Shown piece after piece: positions 17,674 through 26,875 of a stretch of DNA of 40,407 nucleotides; within the stretch, counting starts at the first letter, position 1, and each line of letters opens with the position of its first letter. The position numbers and the translations under genes were made by a program. The DNA is from Promethearchaeota archaeon (GTDB lineage: Archaea > Asgardarchaeota > Lokiarchaeia > Sigyniarchaeales > SOKP01). The DNA is taken from contig JABCSY010000029.1 in assembly GCA_018238625.1 (NCBI GenBank), forward strand, positions 1 to 40,407. Reading direction: 5' to 3'. A model generated the notes under the pieces. That model worked only from the letters and a program-made list of their open reading frames with translations, made no database searches and had not been told where the DNA came from.

Positions 17674-18456
17674 ATGAGACCACACCATCAAAAAGCTATA
17701 GAAAAATTTACTCAATATATAAAAGAAAACCCAAGATTCATTGCTCTTATTATTGGAGGTTCAATAGCAAAAGGTATAGAGCGTGAAGATTCGGATATTG
17801 ATGGCATAATTATCGCTACTGACGAGGAATTTAAAAAACGGAAGAGAAGAAATCGTTTTTTATTTTATGAACCGACATTTTGTGATTATCCTGGAGGCTA
17901 TGCAGAGGGAAAGATTGTAAATTTTGAATATTTAGAAATTGTGGCTGAACATGGCACAGAGCCGGCACGAGATGCGTTTAAAGGGGCTTGGATCGCCTAT
18001 TCTGAAATCCCCGAACTTGAGAACCTCTTGAAACGAATTCCTGTATTTCAAAAGGATGAGAAAATAGAAAAAATACGGAAATTTCACGCCCAATTTGAAG
18101 TAGCTAATTGGTATGTAAAAGAAGCGGAACGAAGAAATGATCTCTACTTATTAAACCACGCAATTTCTGATTTAGTGCTATTTGGAGGGAGAATGATTCT
18201 AGAACATAATGAAATTCTATATCCTTTTCACAAGTGGTTTATGAAAGCATTAGAAGAAGCACCTGAAAAACCAAAAGATTTAATGGTATTAATAAAAAAA
18301 GCTTTATCGAAAAGAAATTCCACAAAAGCTCAAGCATTATATGATGCAATTAAAAGTTTCAGGAAGTGGGAGATTCGGGGAATTGCTAATGTTGGATTTA
18401 TGCTTGATACAGAATTAGCTTGGCTCAATGGAAAATCCTATGTTGGAGATTTATAA
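17674..18456 (+). CDS. Nucleotidyltransferase domain protein with helical substrate-binding C-terminus
   Basis: IIGGSIAKG..REDSDID motif; C-terminal N..LYPFHKW. Confidence 0.8.
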   Translation: MRPHHQKAIEKFTQYIKENPRFIALIIGGSIAKGIEREDSDIDGIIIATDEEFKKRKRRNRFLFYEPTFCDYPGGYAEGKIVNFEYLEIVAEHGTEPARDAFKGAWIAYSEIPELENLLKRIPVFQKDEKIEKIRKFHAQFEVANWYVKEAERRNDLYLLNHAISDLVLFGGRMILEHNEILYPFHKWFMKALEEAPEKPKDLMVLIKKALSKRNSTKAQALYDAIKSFRKWEIRGIANVGFMLDTELAWLNGKSYVGDL

Positions 18457-18549
18457 TTTATGTTCGTCAAAAGTGGTAAAATCCATTAGAATTTTAAATG
18501 AGAAAAGATTGTCAGATCGTAAATTACATAATAAATTAGAGGGATTAAT

Positions 18550-18975
18550 ATGGTTGTAAAAGGGAAAATGTTGATAGGACCAATATTAGCGATTATTGGG
18601 GGTATAGTAATGGCCTTCTCTAGCTACATGGTATTCACTTCTATTGCTTCTATTGAAGCGAACTTAGCAATAGCCGCTCTCACTTGGGAAGACACGGGGT
18701 TCTCTCGCGATCTAATGTATCTAAGATCTATATGTACTCTGCTTTGGGGTTTGATGGGGATCATTGGTGCGATTTTTGCTCTTATTGGAAAAAAATTTGG
18801 AAGTGTAATAGCATTACTTGGGGGGATTTTAGGGATTGCTGGAATGTTTATCCCCTTAGGCGCGATAACGATTAATACGGTCGTTATACCCGTATCTTTA
18901 TCTGCTTCCTTCATGCTTTTAGATCCCATTATTATTATTATTGGAAGCTTGATAGGTTTACTATTAAAAAAATAA
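18550..18975 (+). CDS. Four-TM Gly-rich membrane protein
   Basis: Hydrophobic helices with GxxxG motifs; SD-like GAGGG upstream. Confidence 0.75.
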   Translation: MVVKGKMLIGPILAIIGGIVMAFSSYMVFTSIASIEANLAIAALTWEDTGFSRDLMYLRSICTLLWGLMGIIGAIFALIGKKFGSVIALLGGILGIAGMFIPLGAITINTVVIPVSLSASFMLLDPIIIIIGSLIGLLLKK

Positions 18976-19029
18976 ATCTACATTCTTTTTTTATTTTGAT
19001 GAATTAAGGAAAAAATTACATATTTAAAA

Positions 19030-19163
19030 TGGTGGAGCTGGGGGGATTTCCCTATTGCGGGTAAATCCCGCAGTCTATTGAACCCCCGGCCTTTCGCATG
19101 CCAAGCGAACGATCTCTAGTAGACCAAATCAAATGATTTAATCATCCACTAATCCACAGCCCC
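19030..19163 (-). tRNA. tRNA-Ala(GGC) with two non-canonical introns (D-loop ~19115-19141; T-loop ~19047-19077) and encoded CCA
   Basis: Acceptor GGGGCTG/CAGCTCC with G3:U70, discriminator A plus CCA; anticodon arm TTCGC-TTGGCAT-GCGAA; T stem GGGGG/CCCCC; D stem GATT/GATC. Both insertions form hairpins. Confidence 0.92.
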
Positions 19164-19310
19164 ATTTAAAGAAAAAAATATTAATTCAACATTATCGAAC
19201 ACATATAAGATCTTTAAATGTAGATTTAAAAATAATGTATTTCTAAAAAAAATTATGGTTTTTGAACTATTGAACTTAAATTAAAATATCAGTTTTATTA
19301 TTTTAAGACT

Positions 19311-22300
19311 ATGAAAAAATTTTGGAGAAAAATAAACTATCTGTTAATTACTATTTTGATTATTAACGCGATTATTAATCCCGTTCTTGGAATTGGAACT
19401 GTAAGAAATATTAATCACAATAATCTTCAAAAACTAGAGTTAGATTTCAGTGGATTATTGTATACTTCATCAGATCAAGCAAATAATGAAAGATACGATT
19501 CAATATTACCCTTCAATAAGGAAAACGCGCTATTTGACGACTTATTGATAAAAGAATTAAATTTTATTCAATCATCTCAACAACGTGATAAGACATTAAT
19601 CAAGATTATAATCCTATTTAAAGATGAAATCTCAAAATCAGAAAGAATTGAATTAATCGATTCTGTTTTCGATGAGTTTGAAATAATTAACAACTATAAC
19701 GTTATTCCAGGCGTTTACATGAAATGCGATCCAAAAGAATTAATTGCCAAAAAGAGCTTATTAGAAGTTCACTCCGCTTTAAAAAAGATTTATAAGTCAA
19801 GATTTTATAGTTCACCCTCTTTTCAAGAGCAATTTCCAGAAACTAGTGCGTTAAATAAAGATTCCTATCCAAATTGGTGGATACCTGCTGTGGGAGCAGA
19901 TAGTTTAGGTTACGACGGTAGCGGCGTAAGAGTTGCTGTGATTGATACTGGAATATACGAACATCCTGATTTAAACTTAATATTAAGCAGGAATTTTGTT
20001 TCTGAAGAACTTCCTTCTGAATACCAAGATTATATAGGTCATGGAACTCATGTTGCTGGTATCATTGGAAGTGATGGAGGAGGTTCAGGTGGTGTTTATA
20101 GAGGTGTTGCTCCAGGCGTTTCTTTAATTAATGCAAAGGCTGGGGGTCACTCGGGTTTAGAGGAAGGCGATATTATTAGCGCTATTGAATGGTCCGTTGA
20201 CACAGCTAACGCAGACATAATTTCTATGAGTTTTGGCGATAATTATCCAATTGCAAGTGATATTATTATATTAGCTCTGGCAGCTGCTACAGAGACCGGC
20301 GTAATGTGTGTTTCGTCAGCGGGAAATTCAGGTCCAGATTTCTTTTCTGGTGGTTCGCCTGCTTCTGGCATAGATGTCATTTCGGTGGGGGCTTCAGATA
20401 GAAATAACAACTTAGCATACTTTAGTAGTTGGGGGCCGTCATTATCTTATTTAAGTTATCCTGATATTGTTGCTCCGGGGGTTAATATAATCTCTACTGA
20501 GGCTCCAGAATCGGTTATATCCGATAGATATCGATTTATTGGAGATTACTTCGATTTTTCGGCCGATGCAGACTATCTACCTTTAAGCGGGACAAGTATG
20601 TCTTGCCCTGTTGTTGCTGGAGCTTTAGCAATTCTGAAACAAGCTTATCCTTCGATAACTCCCGAAACTGCAAGAATTGCCCTATTAGAGGGTGCTCGAG
20701 CCCTATCCGATGTAGAGGATGTTGAATCTTTGAAATCAGGTTTTGGTTTGATTAACGTATCTGCTTCGCTTGACTACCTTAACTACGCAAATGAAACTTA
20801 TTCCAATGTAAATGACGTATTAAAAATTGCTCCAGATGAGTTGCCTGTACAACCATACGATTTATTGAATTTCCCTGGAGATCGCCAATTATTTAATTTA
20901 ACCGTTATTTCTGGTAATAACAATAATTACAACATCAGCTATCCAAGTATTGTTGATGGAATCTCGTTGTCTATAGACAAAACTCAATTGACTTTTAGTG
21001 ACGCTGGTGTGGATTTCGTAGCGTTAGATATTGAGATAGAAAGCGATGCAACGCCAGGTATAAGAACATTTGAATTAAACTTTACGTCCGGAGTTAGATT
21101 ATACGATAAAATTATTGTTTCAATAAATATTAGATTACCCGAATATAGAGTTTTAATGGATTCTTACCATGGTTTGAATGATTATCTCCCTGAAATTTCG
21201 TTTTATCAGATGGATTTTTACAGTTGGATGAAAGACCTTACAGATTTAAACATCTCGATCGATTACTTAGCGGAATTTTGGACTCCGGATTACGATAAAA
21301 ATTTAGATAACTCCATATTAACCGAAGAACGATTAGTTCAATACGACTTAGTAGTGTTGCAAAACCCTATCTTGCCCTACAGTCCTTTAGAAATCCACAA
21401 TTTAAAAGGATATTTTGACAATGGGGGCAACATCTTGTTTTTAGGAACGAGATACCAAGATTTGTGTGTTGGTAATATAAACGAACTTTTCTCAACAATT
21501 AACTTAGGAATCCAAATTAACGAAGAGAATATTGCCGATGAAAATTGGGTTGGAATTGGAGCAACCGTGAGCACTCAAAGCGTAACAGAATTTAACAATT
21601 CTCAAATATTTCAAGATGTAAACAAATTTATATGGGACTATGGAAGTACTTTAACAGCTTCGGGAAATGCAGAAGCGATCGCTTCTGTAGATGGGAAAAC
21701 GATTGCAGTTGCAAACGATGGTAGACTATCTGGAAGGGGACGATTTGTAGCGTTTGGGGATTTACACTGGGCTGCAGAGTTCTACGATTCGCAAAATTAT
21801 TATCAAGACCATTATATTTTAACAAAAAATCTAATGCAATATTTCTTGGAAAAAGACGATGTGTCTATAGATATTTATCTCAATTCTGAAAGAACGCCCA
21901 CTTCTCAAGTAAATATTTCAATTTACGTGAAGGATCAAATTGTAGAAACGCCAGTTAGCTCTGCTACCCTAAATTCGTATCTAAATGTGTCAGTAGAAAA
22001 CGATGCTTACTTTGAAACTGTAAATATGGTTTCAACCTCAGATGGCATCGCAATTAACAACACTTTTTCTTTGCCCGGTCCAAGCTATAAACCATATGTT
22101 ATAAAAGTGAATCTAACAATTGGATCAAAGACTTACAATAAAACCTCCAAAATTCTTTACTATGACAACTCAGAAGTTCCAAAGATATCTAGTTTATCGG
22201 CCACTACTGACATCGAAAGAAATGGCGTTGATTCGTTAGATATCGATGCCACACTTGACGGAATCAATTATAATGCAACGGCTTATCTATCGATATATCC

Positions 22301-23267
22301 ATCTACTTATTACACTGAAGAAGGAACAATCAATAAGACTTTTACTTTACTTCCAAATCTATTTGATTACTCTATTAGCTACTCTCCTACATCTACAGAC
22401 CCACCGGGTTATGCTACTTTTTACATTCTGCCTTATAATTCAAGTTCCAATTATTACAATCCAAATTCACCCAGATTAATTTCGATTATAACAAATCACC
22501 CTCCTGAATTCATTGAAGAGACTTCTACAATATCAATTGATAATGTTAAATTAATTTCGCTTGATGAGACTCATACGGAAGATAGTTTACTAGTCAATTT
22601 AGTAGGCCAAGGGAGCCAGCTTGAATTTATTATAAACCTCACTGATTCTGTGAATTATGAGGATCAAGATAGCTCAAAAATGAGAGTATCAGTAAACCTA
22701 TATATCGCCTCAATTTCAGAGGACAATACAATTGTCCCAATTAATTCAAAGAACTATGTTCTTTCTGAATTAGAATATAAACCAAGTTCGAATACTCACT
22801 ATGGAATATTCGAAATTCCATTTACAATGGAATTCTCTTCTATTAGTGGAACGAAAACGCTTTCAACTGCTTCTCAATTTGATAATGACGCTCAAGATGG
22901 TTATTTAGCGATCCTATTGATCACGGCTTTTGATAGCGAAGGAGAGTCAGAAGATTTCTTAACGGTTTTGTTGATTCAACCTTCGAATATTGAATTAATA
23001 TTAGTACTAATTATTATCGGTGTTGTAGTAGTAGTTGGAATAATTGTTGGCGTCTTACTTCTAGTTAATTCAATTAGAAAGAAAAAAAAATCTCGCATAT
23101 CGGCTCCTTTTGAAGGACATTACCACCAAGATTATGAAGATGTTCCTTCACAAGAAACATACGATTTCACTCATAAATCAGTATATTATTGCCCTTATTG
23201 TGGGTTTCAATTAACTACGCCAAGAAGCTTTTGTCCTAGTTGCGGTAAATCCTTAAAAATACAATAA
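19311..23267 (+). CDS. Membrane-anchored S8 subtilisin-like serine protease with Site-1-protease-like architecture and cytoplasmic zinc ribbon
   Basis: Signal peptide and prodomain; catalytic triad IDTG/HGTHVAG/GTSMS; oxyanion AGNSG; then Ig-like, GATase/IFT52-like alpha-beta and beta-rich domains; TM helix plus RKKKK; YCPYCG...FCPSCG tail. Confidence 0.93.
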   Translation: MKKFWRKINYLLITILIINAIINPVLGIGTVRNINHNNLQKLELDFSGLLYTSSDQANNERYDSILPFNKENALFDDLLIKELNFIQSSQQRDKTLIKIIILFKDEISKSERIELIDSVFDEFEIINNYNVIPGVYMKCDPKELIAKKSLLEVHSALKKIYKSRFYSSPSFQEQFPETSALNKDSYPNWWIPAVGADSLGYDGSGVRVAVIDTGIYEHPDLNLILSRNFVSEELPSEYQDYIGHGTHVAGIIGSDGGGSGGVYRGVAPGVSLINAKAGGHSGLEEGDIISAIEWSVDTANADIISMSFGDNYPIASDIIILALAAATETGVMCVSSAGNSGPDFFSGGSPASGIDVISVGASDRNNNLAYFSSWGPSLSYLSYPDIVAPGVNIISTEAPESVISDRYRFIGDYFDFSADADYLPLSGTSMSCPVVAGALAILKQAYPSITPETARIALLEGARALSDVEDVESLKSGFGLINVSASLDYLNYANETYSNVNDVLKIAPDELPVQPYDLLNFPGDRQLFNLTVISGNNNNYNISYPSIVDGISLSIDKTQLTFSDAGVDFVALDIEIESDATPGIRTFELNFTSGVRLYDKIIVSINIRLPEYRVLMDSYHGLNDYLPEISFYQMDFYSWMKDLTDLNISIDYLAEFWTPDYDKNLDNSILTEERLVQYDLVVLQNPILPYSPLEIHNLKGYFDNGGNILFLGTRYQDLCVGNINELFSTINLGIQINEENIADENWVGIGATVSTQSVTEFNNSQIFQDVNKFIWDYGSTLTASGNAEAIASVDGKTIAVANDGRLSGRGRFVAFGDLHWAAEFYDSQNYYQDHYILTKNLMQYFLEKDDVSIDIYLNSERTPTSQVNISIYVKDQIVETPVSSATLNSYLNVSVENDAYFETVNMVSTSDGIAINNTFSLPGPSYKPYVIKVNLTIGSKTYNKTSKILYYDNSEVPKISSLSATTDIERNGVDSLDIDATLDGINYNATAYLSIYPSTYYTEEGTINKTFTLLPNLFDYSISYSPTSTDPPGYATFYILPYNSSSNYYNPNSPRLISIITNHPPEFIEETSTISIDNVKLISLDETHTEDSLLVNLVGQGSQLEFIINLTDSVNYEDQDSSKMRVSVNLYIASISEDNTIVPINSKNYVLSELEYKPSSNTHYGIFEIPFTMEFSSISGTKTLSTASQFDNDAQDGYLAILLITAFDSEGESEDFLTVLLIQPSNIELILVLIIIGVVVVVGIIVGVLLLVNSIRKKKKSRISAPFEGHYHQDYEDVPSQETYDFTHKSVYYCPYCGFQLTTPRSFCPSCGKSLKIQ

Positions 23268-23300
23268 TAATTTTTTTTAATCTTTTTAGTTGTTCAAGTT

Positions 23301-23927
23301 TTAGAAATTAGAATATTTTAGTAGATCAATAACCTTATTGGGATCTTTTGCATTTAAAATAGTACTTGTACTACTTAAAATATCGACATTTAACTGGTTA
23401 GCGTTTATAAGATTTATTCCACCATCTATTTCAACCATAAAAGCATGTTTTTTTTTAAGGTCAGCTAGCTGGTTTACCTTTTCGATTGAACGTGGAATGA
23501 ATTTTTGACCAGACTTACCTGGATACACTGACATTACTAAAACTAAGTCAACTAAATCCAAGTAAGGCGTTATTTCTGCTATAGTTGTATCTGGATCGAT
23601 TGCTAAGCCCACTTTTTTCTTCTTATTCTTCAATTCGTTTATTAAGGCTATCTTATCTCCCGTTATTTCGTAATGAAAAGTAAAGATATGAACATAATCA
23701 ATAATTTTATCAATGTAATCAAAGGGATCGATTACCATCAAATGGGCGATGATAGGAATATCATATTTCTCTTTTATTATTCTAAATAAGTCCAAATCAA
23801 GGTTTATTACAGGTGTAAACTTCCCATCCGCAACATCAATATGTATGTAATCAAGCCCTACTAATCCCTCAAGAGGATCAAGATTAAAATTTAGGTTTGC
23901 GTGAACAGCAACAGCAATCTTTTTCAT
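23301..23927 (-). CDS. rpe: Ribulose-phosphate 3-epimerase
   Basis: [23 protein letters not shown] and IDGGIN motifs. Confidence 0.9.
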   Translation of the reverse strand: MKKIAVAVHANLNFNLDPLEGLVGLDYIHIDVADGKFTPVINLDLDLFRIIKEKYDIPIIAHLMVIDPFDYIDKIIDYVHIFTFHYEITGDKIALINELKNKKKKVGLAIDPDTTIAEITPYLDLVDLVLVMSVYPGKSGQKFIPRSIEKVNQLADLKKKHAFMVEIDGGINLINANQLNVDILSSTSTILNAKDPNKVIDLLKYSNF

Positions 23928-23936
23928 CGTATTTTA

Positions 23937-24650
23937 TTATAAAACAATAACTTTTCCATCTTTTTGTCCTATATACGCTTTAGATGTCATTCCTATGAAA
24001 AATCCCGTGTCAACGACGCCAGGAATCTGAGAAACCTTAAAATCAATATCTGATGGAGAATCTATAATACCAAAATCAACATCAATGATAAAATTACCAT
24101 TATCGGTAACTAAAGGGCCTGCTTTTGCTTGGGCCATCCTTAGTTTCGGTGTACCTCCTAATTTTTCTAACTTTTTCATAATTGGGACATATCCAAAAGG
24201 AATAACTTCGATTGGTACTCCCTTGTTCCAATTCTCCCCTAATTTCTCTGACTTTTTACGATAATCTGCGATAATTACTAATCTTTTTGATGAAGAGGCA
24301 ACAATTTTCTCTTGGACTAAACACCCGCCACCTCCCTTAATTAAATTTAATGATTTATCAATTTCATCAGCACCATCAATATCTAAGTCAATTTCAGGGT
24401 ACTGATCTAAAGTAACGAGAGTAAGTCCATTTTCTACTATTAACTGATGAGACTGAAAAGAAGTTGGAATGCACTTCAAGTTTAAATCCTCTGTTTTATT
24501 GATCTCCGCTATTTTTTTGACGGCGTATACAACTGTGGAGCCACTTCCAATCCCCAAAATCATACCATTCTTGACATTTTCCTCGACTGCTTTAAACGCA
24601 GCGTTTTTTTTGCCTATTTCAATTAGATCTTCACTCACAAGTTTCACCAA
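23937..24650 (-). CDS. rpiA: Ribose-5-phosphate isomerase A
   Basis: [23 protein letters not shown] and TDNGN motifs. Confidence 0.97.
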   Translation of the reverse strand: [237 protein letters not shown]

Positions 24651-24654
24651 AATT

Positions 24655-25077
24655 TTATTTTTTTAATAAATTTAGAATTCTAATCGCCAAATAAGCAGCA
24701 TTCTCGCCTCTATCTATTCCTACGCAAGCAACAGGAATTCTTGGAGGCATTTGTACGATAGACAATAACGCATCTAATCCGCCTAATTTGGCACTAACGG
24801 GTACACCAATAACTGGCTTGTCAGTCTTAGACGCAATTACCCCTGGTAAAGCAGCTGACAACCCAGCCACAGCAATATATACTAAGGATTGACACGATTT
24901 TAAATAATCGTCTAATTTGTCTGGATCTCGGTGAGCAGATATAATTTGAAGCTCGTATGTTATTTTATTTTCTTTTAAAACCTTCTCTGCTTTCTCATAT
25001 ACTTCTTTATCTGAAGTACTACCCGCAATAATTGAAACTAAAGTTATTTTATTATTATCTATGTTTGTATCTGGCAT
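24655..25077 (-). CDS. purE: N5-CAIR mutase / AIR carboxylase
   Basis: [24 protein letters not shown] and [12 protein letters not shown] motifs. Confidence 0.95.
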   Translation of the reverse strand: MPDTNIDNNKITLVSIIAGSTSDKEVYEKAEKVLKENKITYELQIISAHRDPDKLDDYLKSCQSLVYIAVAGLSAALPGVIASKTDKPVIGVPVSAKLGGLDALLSIVQMPPRIPVACVGIDRGENAAYLAIRILNLLKK

Positions 25078-25169
25078 ATTTAATCTAAATCTCCTAAAAA
25101 TAAAAATAATACTAATAAATTCTTAATAATTTTTTGGCTAAATTATCAAAAAGAACCATTTCATTGTTA

Positions 25170-25229
25170 AGGTTCAAAAACAATATTATCAAAAACTTTA
25201 ATATATTTTTAAATCTTTTCATAAATTAA
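25170..25229 (+). repeat. Thiolase promoter block, copy 1 (near-identical to 26765-26824)
   Basis: AGGTTCAAAAAC...ATC(A/G)AAAACTTTAATATATTTTTAAAT..TTTCATAAATTAA; contains an A-rich BRE-like stretch and a TTTAATATA TATA-like box. Confidence 0.85.
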
Positions 25230-25290
25230 CATCAAAAATTTATTGAAAATCAAATATTAAAAAATCTTAAAAATTTGAGGGAATAGAATT

Positions 25291-26628
25291 ATGGAATTAA
25301 ATGATGTATGGTTAGTCGATTACGCGCGAACTGCATTTTCACGATCAAGACCTGGCCAACCAGAAAGGGATGTATTCGGGGAAATTAAAGGAGATGAGCT
25401 TCTTGTACTCTTACTGAAAAACATGTTTGAAAATAGATTGGCAGACAAAAGCATTGAAAAGAAGGATATAGATGAATTTACGATTGGATGTTCTTTTGGG
25501 GTAGGAGAACACTGGACTTATGGAGGTAAACTTCCTACTTATTATGTAGATATGGATGAAAGAACATCTTGTGTATTTTTAGATAAGGCATGTGGATCAG
25601 CAGCAGCAGGGTTTAACTTAGGATTTTTGGAAATTGCAATGGGTTATAGTAAATGTGTTTTATCAACAGGTATTGAACATCTCACGCGAGTCCCTATGGG
25701 CATAACAAACCAATGGATTAAGCCCAACCTCGCAATTGCTAGTAAAAATTCACCTTTCTATATACCAGAATATGCACGAAAAGCTAAATACGACGTACTT
25801 GTAGCAACAGATATGTTGGCTACGGCACAAAAATTATTCGAACAGGAAATCCCGAAATTTACAAAGGAAGATATGGATAAATTCGGCGTGAGGGCTCATA
25901 ATAATACAATAAAGAGCCAAGAAGAAAAATGGTTCACCTCAGGTGTTAATGGAGGAGAGATTATTCCAATTGAAGGTCATGTAGAAGGAAATACTGAGGA
26001 ACCAATGATGGTTGATAGAGACATGGCAGCAAGAAAATCAACTCTCGAATCTGTTGCAAAGTTAAGGTCTGTTTCCAAGCCTTTCTACATTAAAAAAACA
26101 GCAGCTGGGCAAGAACTTGGTCGAAAAGGCTATATGGAATTTGTAGGTAGTAAGGATGGGGTAATCACTGCAGGGAATGCTTCTCCTTTAAATGCGGGAG
26201 CTACAGCATGTGTCATGATGAATGCCAAAGAGGCTCAAAAAAGAGGTATTAATCCTTTAGCAAAAGTTGTTTCTATTGGATTTGCAGGTGTAGATCCTAC
26301 AGTTATGGGACGAGGACCTGTTCCTGCCTCAGAAATGGCGCTAAAACACGCTGGATTAACCGCTGATGATATAGATTTTTGGGAGATTAACGAAGCTTTT
26401 TGTATAGTGGCATTAAATTGCATGGATAAACTTGGTATTCCTGAAGAAAAAGTAAATATTAAAGGGGGCTCTACCGCAATTGGTCATCCATTGGGTGCTA
26501 CAATGTGCCGCTTAATCGGTACTGTATCTCGTATCCTAAAAGATAAAAACGCAAAATATGGAATAGCTAACGCGTGTTGTGGTGGCGGTCAAGGAGTAGC
26601 AGTTTTATTGGAAAATATTGATAAATAA
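25291..26628 (+). CDS. Acetyl-CoA C-acyltransferase (thiolase, bacterial-type), copy 1
   Basis: DKACGS, NEAF, GHPLGAT and CCGGGQG motifs; SD GAGGG. Confidence 0.95.
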   Translation: MELNDVWLVDYARTAFSRSRPGQPERDVFGEIKGDELLVLLLKNMFENRLADKSIEKKDIDEFTIGCSFGVGEHWTYGGKLPTYYVDMDERTSCVFLDKACGSAAAGFNLGFLEIAMGYSKCVLSTGIEHLTRVPMGITNQWIKPNLAIASKNSPFYIPEYARKAKYDVLVATDMLATAQKLFEQEIPKFTKEDMDKFGVRAHNNTIKSQEEKWFTSGVNGGEIIPIEGHVEGNTEEPMMVDRDMAARKSTLESVAKLRSVSKPFYIKKTAAGQELGRKGYMEFVGSKDGVITAGNASPLNAGATACVMMNAKEAQKRGINPLAKVVSIGFAGVDPTVMGRGPVPASEMALKHAGLTADDIDFWEINEAFCIVALNCMDKLGIPEEKVNIKGGSTAIGHPLGATMCRLIGTVSRILKDKNAKYGIANACCGGGQGVAVLLENIDK

Positions 26629-26687
26629 TCAAATTTTATTTATAACGCAACTTATTTTATTTTTTTTATTTTTTTAACTAAAAAAAA

Positions 26688-26768
26688 TTAGTCGATTATG
26701 TGCGAACAGCTTTTTCTCGATCTAGACCAAAACAACCCGAAAGAGACGTATTTGGTGAAATTAGAGGT
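26688..26768 (+). pseudogene. 27-codon relic of a thiolase 5' end (LVDYVRTAFSRSRPKQPERDVFGEIRG)
   Basis: Matches the first codons of both flanking thiolases but has no start codon. Confidence 0.85.
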
Positions 26769-26824
26769 TCAAAAACTATTTTATCGAAAACTTTAATATA
26801 TTTTTAAATACTTTCATAAATTAA
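26765..26824 (+). repeat. Thiolase promoter block, copy 2
   Basis: Near-identical to 25170-25229. Confidence 0.85.
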
Positions 26825-26875
26825 TTGAAAATTAAGTTTAAAAATTATATTACAAATACGAGGTTGAAAGATATA

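Noticed and set aside
19030-19050. tRNA-Ala 3' end as attachment site of the integrase island
   Set aside because: I found no duplicate of the tRNA 3' sequence near 12950-17600 or elsewhere in the window.
26825-26875. TTG-initiated N-terminal extension of thiolase 2
   Set aside because: Alignment with thiolase 1 and the SD position favour ATG 26876.
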